Below the pieces are notes generated by a model. The model worked only from the letters and a program-made list of their open reading frames with translations. It had not been told where the DNA came from and made no database searches. The position numbers and the translations under genes were made by a program. This document shows, one piece after another, positions 41,790-50,241 of a stretch of 52,922 nt of DNA. Position 1 is the stretch's first letter; every line of letters begins with the position of its first letter. The stretch comes from Nanobdellota archaeon (lineage in GTDB: Archaea > Nanobdellota > Nanobdellia > Woesearchaeales > JAGLXL01), in the NCBI GenBank assembly GCA_042577865.1, contig JBHPDN010000004.1:1-52922 (forward strand). Direction: 5' to 3'.

Positions 41790-42719
41790 ATGGATTTATC
41801 TATAGTGATTCCAACTTATAATGAAAGAGAAAATGTTTTTTTGTTGTATCAACACATAAAAAAAGCTCTTGATCAAATTACTAATTCTTATGAAGTAATC
41901 TTTGTTGATGATGGCAGCAGAGACGGGACGTTTAGAGAACTTGAAAACATACATAAAAAAGATAAGAAAATTAAAATTATTAAATTTAGAAAAAATTTTG
42001 GGCAAACAGCAGCGATGGATGCTGGTTTTAAACAGGCAAAAGGTAGAGTTATTATTCCTTTAGACGCTGATTTGCAGAATGATCCCAAAGATATCCCTCG
42101 GTTATTAGAGAAGATAAATGAAGGTTATGATGTGGTGTGTGGTTGGAGGAAAAACCGAAAAGATACATTAATGAAACATTTGGTTTCAAGAGGAGCCAAT
42201 CTTTTAAGGAAAATTATTCTTGATGACAAAATTCACGATTCAGGCTGTACTTTGAAAGCATATAAAAAGGAATGTTTTGAAGATTTAGATTTACATGGAG
42301 AAATGCATAGGTTTATTCCAGCTTTATTGATGTGGAAAGGTTTCAAAGTTACTGAAGTTCCAGTAAAGCACCATAAAAGGAGATTTGGCCAAACAAAATA
42401 TGGGATTAAAAGAACTGTGAAAGGTTTTTTGGATATGTTAATAATCCGTTTTTGGAAACAGTATTCGGCCAGACCAATCCATTTGTTTGGGAGTTTAGGA
42501 ATGTTATCTATCTTTTTGGGATTTTTAATCGGACTTTACTTGACTATTTTAAAAATATTTTTTGGTCAAGGAATTGGCAATAGGCCTTTACTCCTTTTAT
42601 CAATTTTATTAATCATTGTGGGTGTTCAATTTTTTATGTTTGGCATCATGACCGATATTATGGTTAAGAGCTACTATCAGAAGGAAAAACCATATAAAAT
42701 AGAGAAAATATCACTATGA
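41790..42719 (+). CDS. Polyprenyl/dolichyl-phosphate glycosyltransferase (GT2, GtrB/ArnC/DPM1-like, two C-terminal TM helices)
   Basis: ATG 41790 follows the SD AGGAGGT (41777-41783). LSIVIPTYNEREN, FVDDGSRDGT, PLDADLQNDP, and C-terminal TM helices IHLFGSLGMLSIFLGFLIGLY and LLLLSILLIIVGVQFFMFGIM. Confidence 0.85.
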   Translation: MDLSIVIPTYNERENVFLLYQHIKKALDQITNSYEVIFVDDGSRDGTFRELENIHKKDKKIKIIKFRKNFGQTAAMDAGFKQAKGRVIIPLDADLQNDPKDIPRLLEKINEGYDVVCGWRKNRKDTLMKHLVSRGANLLRKIILDDKIHDSGCTLKAYKKECFEDLDLHGEMHRFIPALLMWKGFKVTEVPVKHHKRRFGQTKYGIKRTVKGFLDMLIIRFWKQYSARPIHLFGSLGMLSIFLGFLIGLYLTILKIFFGQGIGNRPLLLLSILLIIVGVQFFMFGIMTDIMVKSYYQKEKPYKIEKISL

Positions 42720-42928
42720 AAAGACTAATTCAAAATCAAATGAGGAAAAGGAAGAGCTTCATAATTTATGGGTATGTGGGATTATTAATAACTGTCTTAA
42801 ACATTTTTTTGATTTGGTTGTTAATAGACATTTTTCAAATTTCAACAATCTTGAGTAGCACTGTTGTTGTTGGGAGTTTATTTTTATTTAAGTTTTATTT
42901 GTATAAGTTAACAGGATTTACTAAATAA
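42716..42928 (+). CDS. Small 2-TM membrane protein, possibly half-size GtrA-like
   Basis: ATGA overlap with the GtrB-like gene. IIYGYVGLLITVLNIFLIWLLID...SSTVVVGSLFLFKFYLYK resembles the GtrA-family N-half. It is short (70 aa). Confidence 0.35.
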   Translation: MKRLIQNQMRKRKSFIIYGYVGLLITVLNIFLIWLLIDIFQISTILSSTVVVGSLFLFKFYLYKLTGFTK

Positions 42929-42949
42929 ATAGTTTATAAAATAATAAAA

Positions 42950-43561
42950 ATGGATAAATTTGATTTTAATAAGAAAAAATTTGAAAATTATGTCGTAGCC
43001 CATTCTTACTTTATGAAACGGAAGTCCATTTCAATAAAAAGATTACTGAAGAATTGTAAATACCGAGGAGGAATCGGTTTAGATATTGGTTGTGGTTCTG
43101 GAGAAATGGAAAGATTGATTTTCAAAAATTTCAAAAATTTAATTGGAGTTGATCCAGCTCTCAATCAAATAAAGAAAGCCACAGCCAAAAAAATTCCAAA
43201 TTGTAAATTCTTAGTTGGAGATAGTATAACTAATAATTTTCCAAGTAAATTTTTTGATTTGGTAATTATTGTTAATGTGCTCCACCATATTAACAATAAA
43301 TCAAATCAAATAAACTTAATCAAAAATTGTCATCGCATCCTTAAGGATAATGGAACTATGTTAATTTATGAACATAATCCATTAAACCCCCTTGTTTGGC
43401 TAAAATTTTATTATTATTCAAAAGTTGATCAAGGTTGTACAATGATTGATCCATTTACTATCAAAAAAACAAACAAACGTTTAGGTTTTTCTAAGAACAA
43501 ATTATCTTTTCTTTTTTCTGAAGGTTTTGGTGAATATGTCTTGATTTCTAAAAAACTTTAA
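42950..43561 (+). CDS. Class I SAM-dependent methyltransferase
   Basis: Motif I GLDIGCGSGEM. Post-I LIGVDPA. Motif II/III FDLVIIVNVLHHI...LKDNGTMLIYEHN. Confidence 0.75.
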   Translation: MDKFDFNKKKFENYVVAHSYFMKRKSISIKRLLKNCKYRGGIGLDIGCGSGEMERLIFKNFKNLIGVDPALNQIKKATAKKIPNCKFLVGDSITNNFPSKFFDLVIIVNVLHHINNKSNQINLIKNCHRILKDNGTMLIYEHNPLNPLVWLKFYYYSKVDQGCTMIDPFTIKKTNKRLGFSKNKLSFLFSEGFGEYVLISKKL

Positions 43562-45204
43562 ATATTAATATAATGCATTTTTTGATGTCCTCTACTAAAC
43601 TCATATGTCTTTTCGTTTAGGGGTTTATCTTTTATTACTTCGGGGATGGTTGTTTCATTGAATGTTCCTCCTTTTTTCAACAACAAGTATATTAATTGCT
43701 GCTCATTCCCACTTACTTGAAAAGCTATTTGTTCAAGCCCATAATTATTTTGGATATAATCCCAAACTTCTTTGTTTTGAGTTATTTTTGGAATACCCCA
43801 TTGGTACATAAAAATCCAGTTTGCTCCCCTTTTTTCCAATTTCTTTAAAACACTTAAGTTGGTTGGTGGGTTTTCTCCTTTTCTATCTGCATGCCAAACA
43901 ACTCCAAATGATTGATGCCTCGAATGGATGACTCTATCATTTATTTCTGAATTTTGTTTTATGTATTCTCCAGCTACGTCTAGTCCGATGAATTGTGTAT
44001 CAAATTGCCTTTGCCACGCTGTTTTGGCCGGGAAAAAAATTATTATAAGAAAAATTATTATCAGCCCTGTTTTTATGAACTTTTTATACTTATTGTTTAT
44101 TAATGAACTGGCTGAACCAGAAATTACAACAATTGTAAGGGAAATCAAAAAAGCAATGAGTGGTAAAAGTGGATATTGGTGATAGCTATGTCCCTTCAAT
44201 TTGCTTGCCATGATTGGAATCCATATCAGTGCACCAATAACATAGCCCATAAAGAATTTTGAGCCTATTTTATTTTTCTTTCTTAGAAAAATGAGTAAAA
44301 TAATCCCCATTAAAGCAAGAATTATGCCCATGTAAGTATAGTTATCGGCAACGAATGATTTTACTGGTGTCCAAAATTCTGTTTTGAATAATAAGTTTAT
44401 TTGAGATGATCCAAAAAATCCACCTTGGTCAGAATAACCATCTAACTGATCAGATATTTTTGAATTATACACCATCCAGGTTGGAATCAGTAGGATAATT
44501 AAAATGACAATAATCATTTGTTTAGAATATTTTTTTACGTTTTCTTTTTTGAAAATCTTTTTAAATGGAAAAATCACCAACATAGGAATAATTATCAGAG
44601 CAAATGAATATTTGGTTATTGTCGCTAACATAATTCCTATGGAAAACAACAAAGAGTACCTTATTAAATTTTTTTTAATCCAAACCAAGTAAAAATAGCT
44701 TCCAAAAAGCATGAAAAAAATTGCCGGATTAATCAGCTGGGTTTGTCTACCAAAGAAAACAAATAAAGGAAGAATGGAAAGTACGGTGGCTGCTGTTAAA
44801 GCTAAATCTTCCCTTTTGAAAATTTTTTTGATTAATAAATAAAAGAAGAAAATACTCCCCAAAGAAAATAAGATATTGATTAATCTAGCTACCCAGATTT
44901 GATCCCCCAATATCTTGAAAAATAATCCATCAATTATTGAAATTGTAGGGAAAGTATCTTTGTGAATACCATTTGGATTTGAGTCATAATAAGGAATATC
45001 TGAATGGGGCATAAACAACCCATCATCAAAAAATCCATCTCTAGCAAAATTCCTTGCTTCAGTGAGGTAATGAACTTCTTTCCAGTTATGATATCCTACA
45101 ACTGGATAGTCAAGATGATATGCTCTGAGATTAAAACCTAAGATTAAAATCAGAATTAAAACAATCCAATTCCAATTTTTTTTAACCAAATCCAAACCCT
45201 TCAT
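43558..45204 (-). CDS. ArnT/PMT-like GT-C (family 39-like) membrane glycosyltransferase
   Basis: About 12 TM segments. N-terminal loop LRAYHLDYPVVGYHNWKEVHYLTEARNFARDGFF is typical of COG1807-type GT-C enzymes. It has a C-terminal soluble domain. A minus-strand TATA at 45228-45236 lies 28 nt upstream. Confidence 0.7.
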   Translation of the reverse strand: MKGLDLVKKNWNWIVLILILILGFNLRAYHLDYPVVGYHNWKEVHYLTEARNFARDGFFDDGLFMPHSDIPYYDSNPNGIHKDTFPTISIIDGLFFKILGDQIWVARLINILFSLGSIFFFYLLIKKIFKREDLALTAATVLSILPLFVFFGRQTQLINPAIFFMLFGSYFYLVWIKKNLIRYSLLFSIGIMLATITKYSFALIIIPMLVIFPFKKIFKKENVKKYSKQMIIVILIILLIPTWMVYNSKISDQLDGYSDQGGFFGSSQINLLFKTEFWTPVKSFVADNYTYMGIILALMGIILLIFLRKKNKIGSKFFMGYVIGALIWIPIMASKLKGHSYHQYPLLPLIAFLISLTIVVISGSASSLINNKYKKFIKTGLIIIFLIIIFFPAKTAWQRQFDTQFIGLDVAGEYIKQNSEINDRVIHSRHQSFGVVWHADRKGENPPTNLSVLKKLEKRGANWIFMYQWGIPKITQNKEVWDYIQNNYGLEQIAFQVSGNEQQLIYLLLKKGGTFNETTIPEVIKDKPLNEKTYEFSRGHQKMHYINI

Positions 45205-45227
45205 CTAGACATTAAAATTCATAAGAC

Positions 45228-45236
45228 TTATATAAA
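45228..45236 (-). promoter_or_regulatory. TATA (TTTATATAA on the minus strand); centre 28 nt upstream of minus-strand ATG 45204
   Basis: Divergent pair with 45266-45274 in a 94-bp intergenic region. Confidence 0.4.
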
Positions 45237-45265
45237 TATTGCTAGCTTTTAGTGGTGATAAGCAA

Positions 45266-45274
45266 ATTTATAAC
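45266..45274 (+). promoter_or_regulatory. TATA ATTTATAAC; centre 29 nt upstream of ATG 45299
   Basis: Position and composition. Confidence 0.4.
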
Positions 45275-45298
45275 TTGAACTGACGAAGAAGCAGCGAA

Positions 45299-45973
45299 AT
45301 GATGAAATTATGGGTGGTTATTCCGGCGTATAATGAAGAGAAATTAATAGTTCAAGTACTTCAAAATTTAAAGAAACATAACTTCCAAAACATTGTAGTA
45401 GTGGATGATGGAAGCGAAGATAATACTTTTAAGTTAGCCAGTAAACAAAAAGTTAAAGTTCTGAGACATATCATTAATTTGGGTCAAGGGGCGGCTTTAA
45501 GAACAGGAATTGATCATAGTTTAGATAATGGTGCCCAAATCATTGTTACTTTTGATTCTGATGGCCAACATTTAGCTCATGATATTCCCAATCTTATTAA
45601 ACCACTATTCAACGGCTATGACGTGGCCTTAGGAAGCCGTTTTTTAAATAATAAGTCTAAGGTTCCTTTTGTTCGAAAAATGTTCTTGAAAGGAGGCATG
45701 GTGTTATTTAAATTGTTGTACGGAGCTAAAGTAACTGATTCTCACAATGGATTGAGAGCTTTTTCAAGAAAAGCGGCTGAAAAGATAAATTTAACATCGA
45801 ATGGCATGGAACATGCTTCAGAAATCATTGAGGAAATTTGTAAGAAAAAACTGAAATACAAAGAAGTTCCTGTAACAATCAAATACACAGATTATTCCTT
45901 AAAACATGGCCAAAATTCTTTTAATGGTTTTAGAATTTTATTGAAAATGTTTCTTAGAAAACTGATGAGGTAA
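45299..45973 (+). CDS. Family-2 glycosyltransferase (soluble, DPM/DPG-synthase-like)
   Basis: WVVIPAYNEEKLI, VVVDDGSEDNT, TFDSDGQH. Confidence 0.8.
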   Translation: MMKLWVVIPAYNEEKLIVQVLQNLKKHNFQNIVVVDDGSEDNTFKLASKQKVKVLRHIINLGQGAALRTGIDHSLDNGAQIIVTFDSDGQHLAHDIPNLIKPLFNGYDVALGSRFLNNKSKVPFVRKMFLKGGMVLFKLLYGAKVTDSHNGLRAFSRKAAEKINLTSNGMEHASEIIEEICKKKLKYKEVPVTIKYTDYSLKHGQNSFNGFRILLKMFLRKLMR

Positions 45974-45979
45974 TTAAAA

Positions 45980-46309
45980 ATGGAACCAATTCAAATACCG
46001 ATATTAATATTTGCTCTTTTTGCTTTTTCCAGAGGTGTTTTAAGAGCACGAGATAAATCAATTACCAAGAACGAATTTTTGTTTTGGAGTGTTATTTGGA
46101 TTTTGATTATTGTTGTTACCTTAATCCCCAAGGTAGCAGATGTCTTTGCCCAAATTTTTGGTATTGGTCGAGGTTTGGATTTGGCTCTTTATGGGGGTAT
46201 GATTATACTATTTTATTTGGTTTTCAGGTTATATGTTAAATTAGAAGGAACGGAACAAAATATCACTAAGATTGTAAGAGAGATTGCAATTGAGAGAGAA
46301 AGAAAATAA
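45980..46309 (+). CDS. DUF2304-like small membrane protein (usual partner of GT2 genes)
   Basis: 109 aa with 3-4 TM segments. It has an R-x-R loop after TM1 (RGVLRARDKSITKNEF), VADVFAQIFGIGRGLDL, and a charged tail. It lies immediately downstream of the GT2 gene. Confidence 0.55.
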   Translation: MEPIQIPILIFALFAFSRGVLRARDKSITKNEFLFWSVIWILIIVVTLIPKVADVFAQIFGIGRGLDLALYGGMIILFYLVFRLYVKLEGTEQNITKIVREIAIERERK

Positions 46310-46374
46310 GGTAGAACTTAGTTCCATAAATGATTTTAATAGAATCTTGAGTTAACTGATTAATTTGAGGCAAT

Positions 46375-47370
46375 ATGATAAATTACCCTTTTGTATCTTT
46401 TTTAATTCCTGTCTGGAATGAAGAAAAAAACATTAAAAGATGTTTAGATAGTCTGCTTAATCAAGACTATCCTAAAAATAAATTTGAAATACTTTTGGCA
46501 GATGGAAATTCTTCTGATAATACTGTTGGAATAATTAAAAAATTTATACAAAAAAATAAAAATATAAAATTATTAAAGAATCCTCGCCGAAACACCGCAA
46601 TTGGTCGAAATATTTGTTTACGCGAAGCCAAAGGCGAAATAGTGATTAATTACTCAGGTCATGTTTTTGCTAAAAATAATTTGATTCGGGCACTAGCTTT
46701 GCGTTTGTCCCAGTTGAAGATGGAGGTTGGAGCAGTAGGTTGTTCTAATTTCTCACCTCATGACCAATCTTTTATAGGCAACTCAGTAGGCATCATTTTT
46801 AGAAGTATTTTTGGAGGTGTAAAGTCGGTTGATCAAAATAAAAGATATAATAAAGAAAAATATGTCAAGAGCGTTGCCTTCACTGCTTATAGAAAAGAAC
46901 TGATTGAAATGATTGGTGGTTTTGACCCTAAATTTTGGGTAGGTCAAGATGGAGAACTTAATTTAAGATTGAGAAAAACAGGTTACAAAATTCTTTATAC
47001 CCCTAAAACTGCAGTTTTTCATTATAAAAGAAATTCAATCAAAAAATTCTTTAGACAAATGTATAGATATGGGATTGCCAGATTGATGGTAATTAAAAAA
47101 CATCCTGATACATTTAAAATTGTTTATCTGTTACCTTCATTTTTTTTGATCTCAATTATTATTGTTTTAGTCTTAAGTTTTTTGAAAATAATCCCTTTTT
47201 TATTTCTGTTGGGTGGGGTCATCCTTTATTCACTAGTAGGAATATTTTTTTCTAGTTTAGTTTCTAAAAAAATCCTACCAATAATAGTAAGCCCTTTTTT
47301 TTATTTTTTAGAACATTTAAGTTATGGATTGGGGTTTTTGGGGGGAATATTTTTCAAAGGATTTAAATAA
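46375..47370 (+). CDS. Family-2 glycosyltransferase with C-terminal TM helices
   Basis: VSFLIPVWNEEKNI, LLADGNSSDNT, FDPKFWVGQDGELNLRL, and a hydrophobic C-terminal roughly 90 aa. Confidence 0.75.
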   Translation: MINYPFVSFLIPVWNEEKNIKRCLDSLLNQDYPKNKFEILLADGNSSDNTVGIIKKFIQKNKNIKLLKNPRRNTAIGRNICLREAKGEIVINYSGHVFAKNNLIRALALRLSQLKMEVGAVGCSNFSPHDQSFIGNSVGIIFRSIFGGVKSVDQNKRYNKEKYVKSVAFTAYRKELIEMIGGFDPKFWVGQDGELNLRLRKTGYKILYTPKTAVFHYKRNSIKKFFRQMYRYGIARLMVIKKHPDTFKIVYLLPSFFLISIIIVLVLSFLKIIPFLFLLGGVILYSLVGIFFSSLVSKKILPIIVSPFFYFLEHLSYGLGFLGGIFFKGFK

Positions 47371-47398
47371 GTTCATATAAATCAAAGGTGAAAATAAA

Positions 47399-48361
47399 AT
47401 GGTCAAAATTGGAATAATTGGTGGTGGTAAGTGGGGAATGAATCACTTACGGGTTTTTTCAGAGATAGATTGTGATTTGGTAGGATTGGCAGATAAGGAC
47501 GAATCAAAAAAAGAATTGGCAGAGAAATACAACACCAATTTTTTTACTGATTTTCAAAAGATGTTACCTTTAGTCGATGCTGTAACTGTGGTTGTACCAA
47601 CTAATTTACATTATAACATTGTCAAGACCTGTTTGGAGGCGGGTAAACACGTTTTAGTTGAAAAACCAATCACTCTGAATTCTGAAGAAGCAAAAGAACT
47701 AGTTGATTTAGCCGAACAAAAAAAGTTAATTTTGTCGGTGGGCTATTTGTTTAGATTTAATGCCGCAGTTAAGGAGCTTAAGAAAATACTCGAGACGGCG
47801 GGCGAAGTCCAGTATATAACTGGGAGATATATACACTCAACAAAACCACCCAGAACTGATTCTGGAGCCATTTTTAATTTGACAATTCATTTAATTGATG
47901 TATTGAATTTTATTTTAAAAGAAAAACCAAAAAAGGTTTATTGTAAAAAAGGAAATTATCTCTCTGAAAAATTTGAAGATTCGGCGGTTATGATTCTTGA
48001 CTATGGAAAATTCTTGGCTAATCTTGAAGTGAGTTGTTGCCATCCATTGAAAAAAAGAGATTTATGGATTATCGCAGCCAAAGAAAAAATTTATGTGGAT
48101 CTTCTTGACCAGATTTTGATTCGGTATCCCTTGACAGTTACCTATGAACAAGTGGAAGCAAAGAAAGAAATTAATGTAGAAATTAACAAAAATGAGCCAT
48201 TGAAAGATGAATTAAGACATTTTTGTGAGGTGGTGGAAAAATATGATGAGGATTCTTATAATAATGTAATCAACATTGGAAAGGAGGAATATTATACAAC
48301 TAAGCTATGCGAATTAGCTTTAAAATCAGCAGAGTTTAATCGGGATCTAGATTTGAGGTAA
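47399..48361 (+). CDS. Gfo/Idh/MocA-family NAD-dependent sugar oxidoreductase (WbpB-like)
   Basis: Rossmann N-terminus [12 protein letters not shown] and [19 protein letters not shown] upstream. Confidence 0.75.
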   Translation: MVKIGIIGGGKWGMNHLRVFSEIDCDLVGLADKDESKKELAEKYNTNFFTDFQKMLPLVDAVTVVVPTNLHYNIVKTCLEAGKHVLVEKPITLNSEEAKELVDLAEQKKLILSVGYLFRFNAAVKELKKILETAGEVQYITGRYIHSTKPPRTDSGAIFNLTIHLIDVLNFILKEKPKKVYCKKGNYLSEKFEDSAVMILDYGKFLANLEVSCCHPLKKRDLWIIAAKEKIYVDLLDQILIRYPLTVTYEQVEAKKEINVEINKNEPLKDELRHFCEVVEKYDEDSYNNVINIGKEEYYTTKLCELALKSAEFNRDLDLR

Positions 48362-48362
48362 A

Positions 48363-48830
48363 ATGAATAATATACAAATATGTGATTCGGCTAAAGTAAA
48401 AGATTCTGAGATAGGTGACAGGACAAAAATATGGGAGTTTGTCAATATATATGGTTGTGAAATTGGAATTAATTGTAATGTTGGTTCTTATGTAGAGATC
48501 CAAAAAGATGTTAAAATAGGTAATAATGTAAATATTTCTTCTCATTCTTTTATTTGTTCTTTAGTGACGATAGAAGATGATGTTTTTATGGGACATGGTG
48601 TCATGACTATCAATGATATCCATCCTCCTTCGAGAAAAAGAACAGGAATTGCTGATTGGAAAAAGACTTTAATTAAAAAAGGAGCAGTGATAGGTAGCAA
48701 TGCAACATTATTCCCAGTGGTGATTGGTGAGAATGCAGTAATCGGAGCAGGGGCGGTTGTAACTAAAGATGTTCCTGATAATTGTGTGGTTGTCGGAAAT
48801 CCTGCTAAGATTGTTGGGAAGAAAGAATAA
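48363..48830 (+). CDS. Hexapeptide-repeat (left-handed beta-helix) sugar N-acetyltransferase (WbpD/WlbB-like)
   Basis: Hexapeptide periodicity in [42 protein letters not shown] and [45 protein letters not shown]. Confidence 0.75.
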   Translation: MNNIQICDSAKVKDSEIGDRTKIWEFVNIYGCEIGINCNVGSYVEIQKDVKIGNNVNISSHSFICSLVTIEDDVFMGHGVMTINDIHPPSRKRTGIADWKKTLIKKGAVIGSNATLFPVVIGENAVIGAGAVVTKDVPDNCVVVGNPAKIVGKKE

Positions 48831-48846
48831 TTATTTTTGTTGGATC

Positions 48847-48874
48847 AAATCCAAAAAACCATATGGATTTTTTA
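48847..48874 (+). terminator. Hairpin (AAATCCA / TGGATTT) followed by a T run after the acetyltransferase gene
   Basis: A 7-bp inverted repeat at 48847-48853 and 48864-48870, followed by TTTT. Confidence 0.3.
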
Positions 48875-49050
48875 GAAAATAGTTCTTGGGGGCCTACAAC
48901 CTCATAAGTTAAGAAAATCATTAGTATTGTGTTTTGGATGGAATTTGTTGGGATTTTAACCAAATTTTAATGAAAAAATATTCGAAATGTTGATGAAAAT
49001 TAATTTAAAATACATAAAATATATTAACACTTATTTTCTATCAAAAAAAG

Positions 49051-50148
49051 ATGAAAATTCCTTTAGTTGACCTAAAAGTTCAATATTTGAACATTAAACC
49101 AGAAATTGATGTAGCTATTCAAGAAGTTCTTGACAATACTAGTTTTATTATGGGTTCTCCAGTCAAGAATTTTGAAGAAAACTTAGCTAAATTCTGTGGA
49201 TGTGGATATGGTATTGGTGTCAGCAGCGGATCAGCTGCTCTTTTTTTAGCACTAAAAGCTTATGGGATCAAAGAGGGAGATGAAGTTATAACTGTTCCAA
49301 ATAGTTTTATAGCCACTGTAGAAGCAATAGTTCAATGTGGAGCAACTCCCGTATTTGTTGATGTCGAAGAAGAAACTATGTTGATGGATACGAAAAAAAT
49401 AGAAGAAAAAATTACATCTAAGACAAAAGCAATAATTCCAGTCCATTTATATGGGCAAATCTGCGATATGGATTCTATAATTAGAATCGCAAGAAAATAT
49501 GATTTATTTATTGTTGAAGATGCAGCTCAGGCTATTGATGCAGAATATAAGAATAAAAAACTACCCATATCAGATACAGCAATATTCAGTTTCTTTCCAG
49601 CTAAAAATCTTGGTTGTTATGGTGATGGTGGAGCGATAATTACAAATAATAAGGAAATTGCTGAAAAAACATCTAAATTAAGAGATCATGGAAGAATCAG
49701 CAAATATGAAAGTGATATAATTGGTTATGGAGAAAGGCTTGATGCATTACAGGCCGCAGTACTTAATGTCAAACTAAAACATCTTGAGGAATGGACAAAA
49801 AAAAGAAGAGAAAATTCTTACATTTATAATGAACTGCTTGAGAGAGTTAAGGGTGTTAAAACTCCTTTTGAAGAAAAACATTCGAAACACGTCTATTATA
49901 TGTACATAATAAAAATAAATAAAAGAAACGAATTAATGAATTTCTTAAAGACAAATGAAATATCTACGGGAATCCATTACCCAATACCTCTGCACTTGCA
50001 ACCATCATTAAAATTTTTAGGATATAAGAAAGGGGACTTCCCAATTGCGGAACAATGCACAAAACAAATACTGTCATTACCTATGTACCCCGAGTTAACT
50101 AAAGAAAAAATTAGAATGGTTGTTAATTTTATAAAAAAATTAGTTTAA
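49051..50148 (+). CDS. DegT/DnrJ/EryC1/StrS-family PLP-dependent sugar aminotransferase (WbpE-like)
   Basis: IPLVDLKVQY..IK.EI..A...VL....FI.G..V..FE...A.F.G, and FSFFPAKNLGCYGDGGAI with the catalytic Lys context. Confidence 0.85.
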   Translation: MKIPLVDLKVQYLNIKPEIDVAIQEVLDNTSFIMGSPVKNFEENLAKFCGCGYGIGVSSGSAALFLALKAYGIKEGDEVITVPNSFIATVEAIVQCGATPVFVDVEEETMLMDTKKIEEKITSKTKAIIPVHLYGQICDMDSIIRIARKYDLFIVEDAAQAIDAEYKNKKLPISDTAIFSFFPAKNLGCYGDGGAIITNNKEIAEKTSKLRDHGRISKYESDIIGYGERLDALQAAVLNVKLKHLEEWTKKRRENSYIYNELLERVKGVKTPFEEKHSKHVYYMYIIKINKRNELMNFLKTNEISTGIHYPIPLHLQPSLKFLGYKKGDFPIAEQCTKQILSLPMYPELTKEKIRMVVNFIKKLV

Positions 50149-50241
50149 TTAATTTGTAATCAAAGAAGGAGATTGATTGGGGGCGGTTAATCCTACCTGA
50201 ACTTTTAAGCCAAATAGATAGTTCAATATTAATTTAAAAAA

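Noticed and set aside
42929-42949. GTTTATAAAAT as the promoter of the methyltransferase gene (ATG 42950)
   Set aside because: The TATA centre is only about 15 nt from the ATG, which is too close for the geometry seen elsewhere. The gene is probably co-transcribed with the upstream GT2/GtrA-like genes.
38599-44692. Remaining short ORFs nested in aglB and the glycosyltransferase genes (38599..38838, 40613..40909, 41375..41578, 41796..42005, 41888..42088, 43928..44182, 44504..44692)
   Set aside because: All are embedded in longer ORFs that carry diagnostic motifs, and none has independent support.
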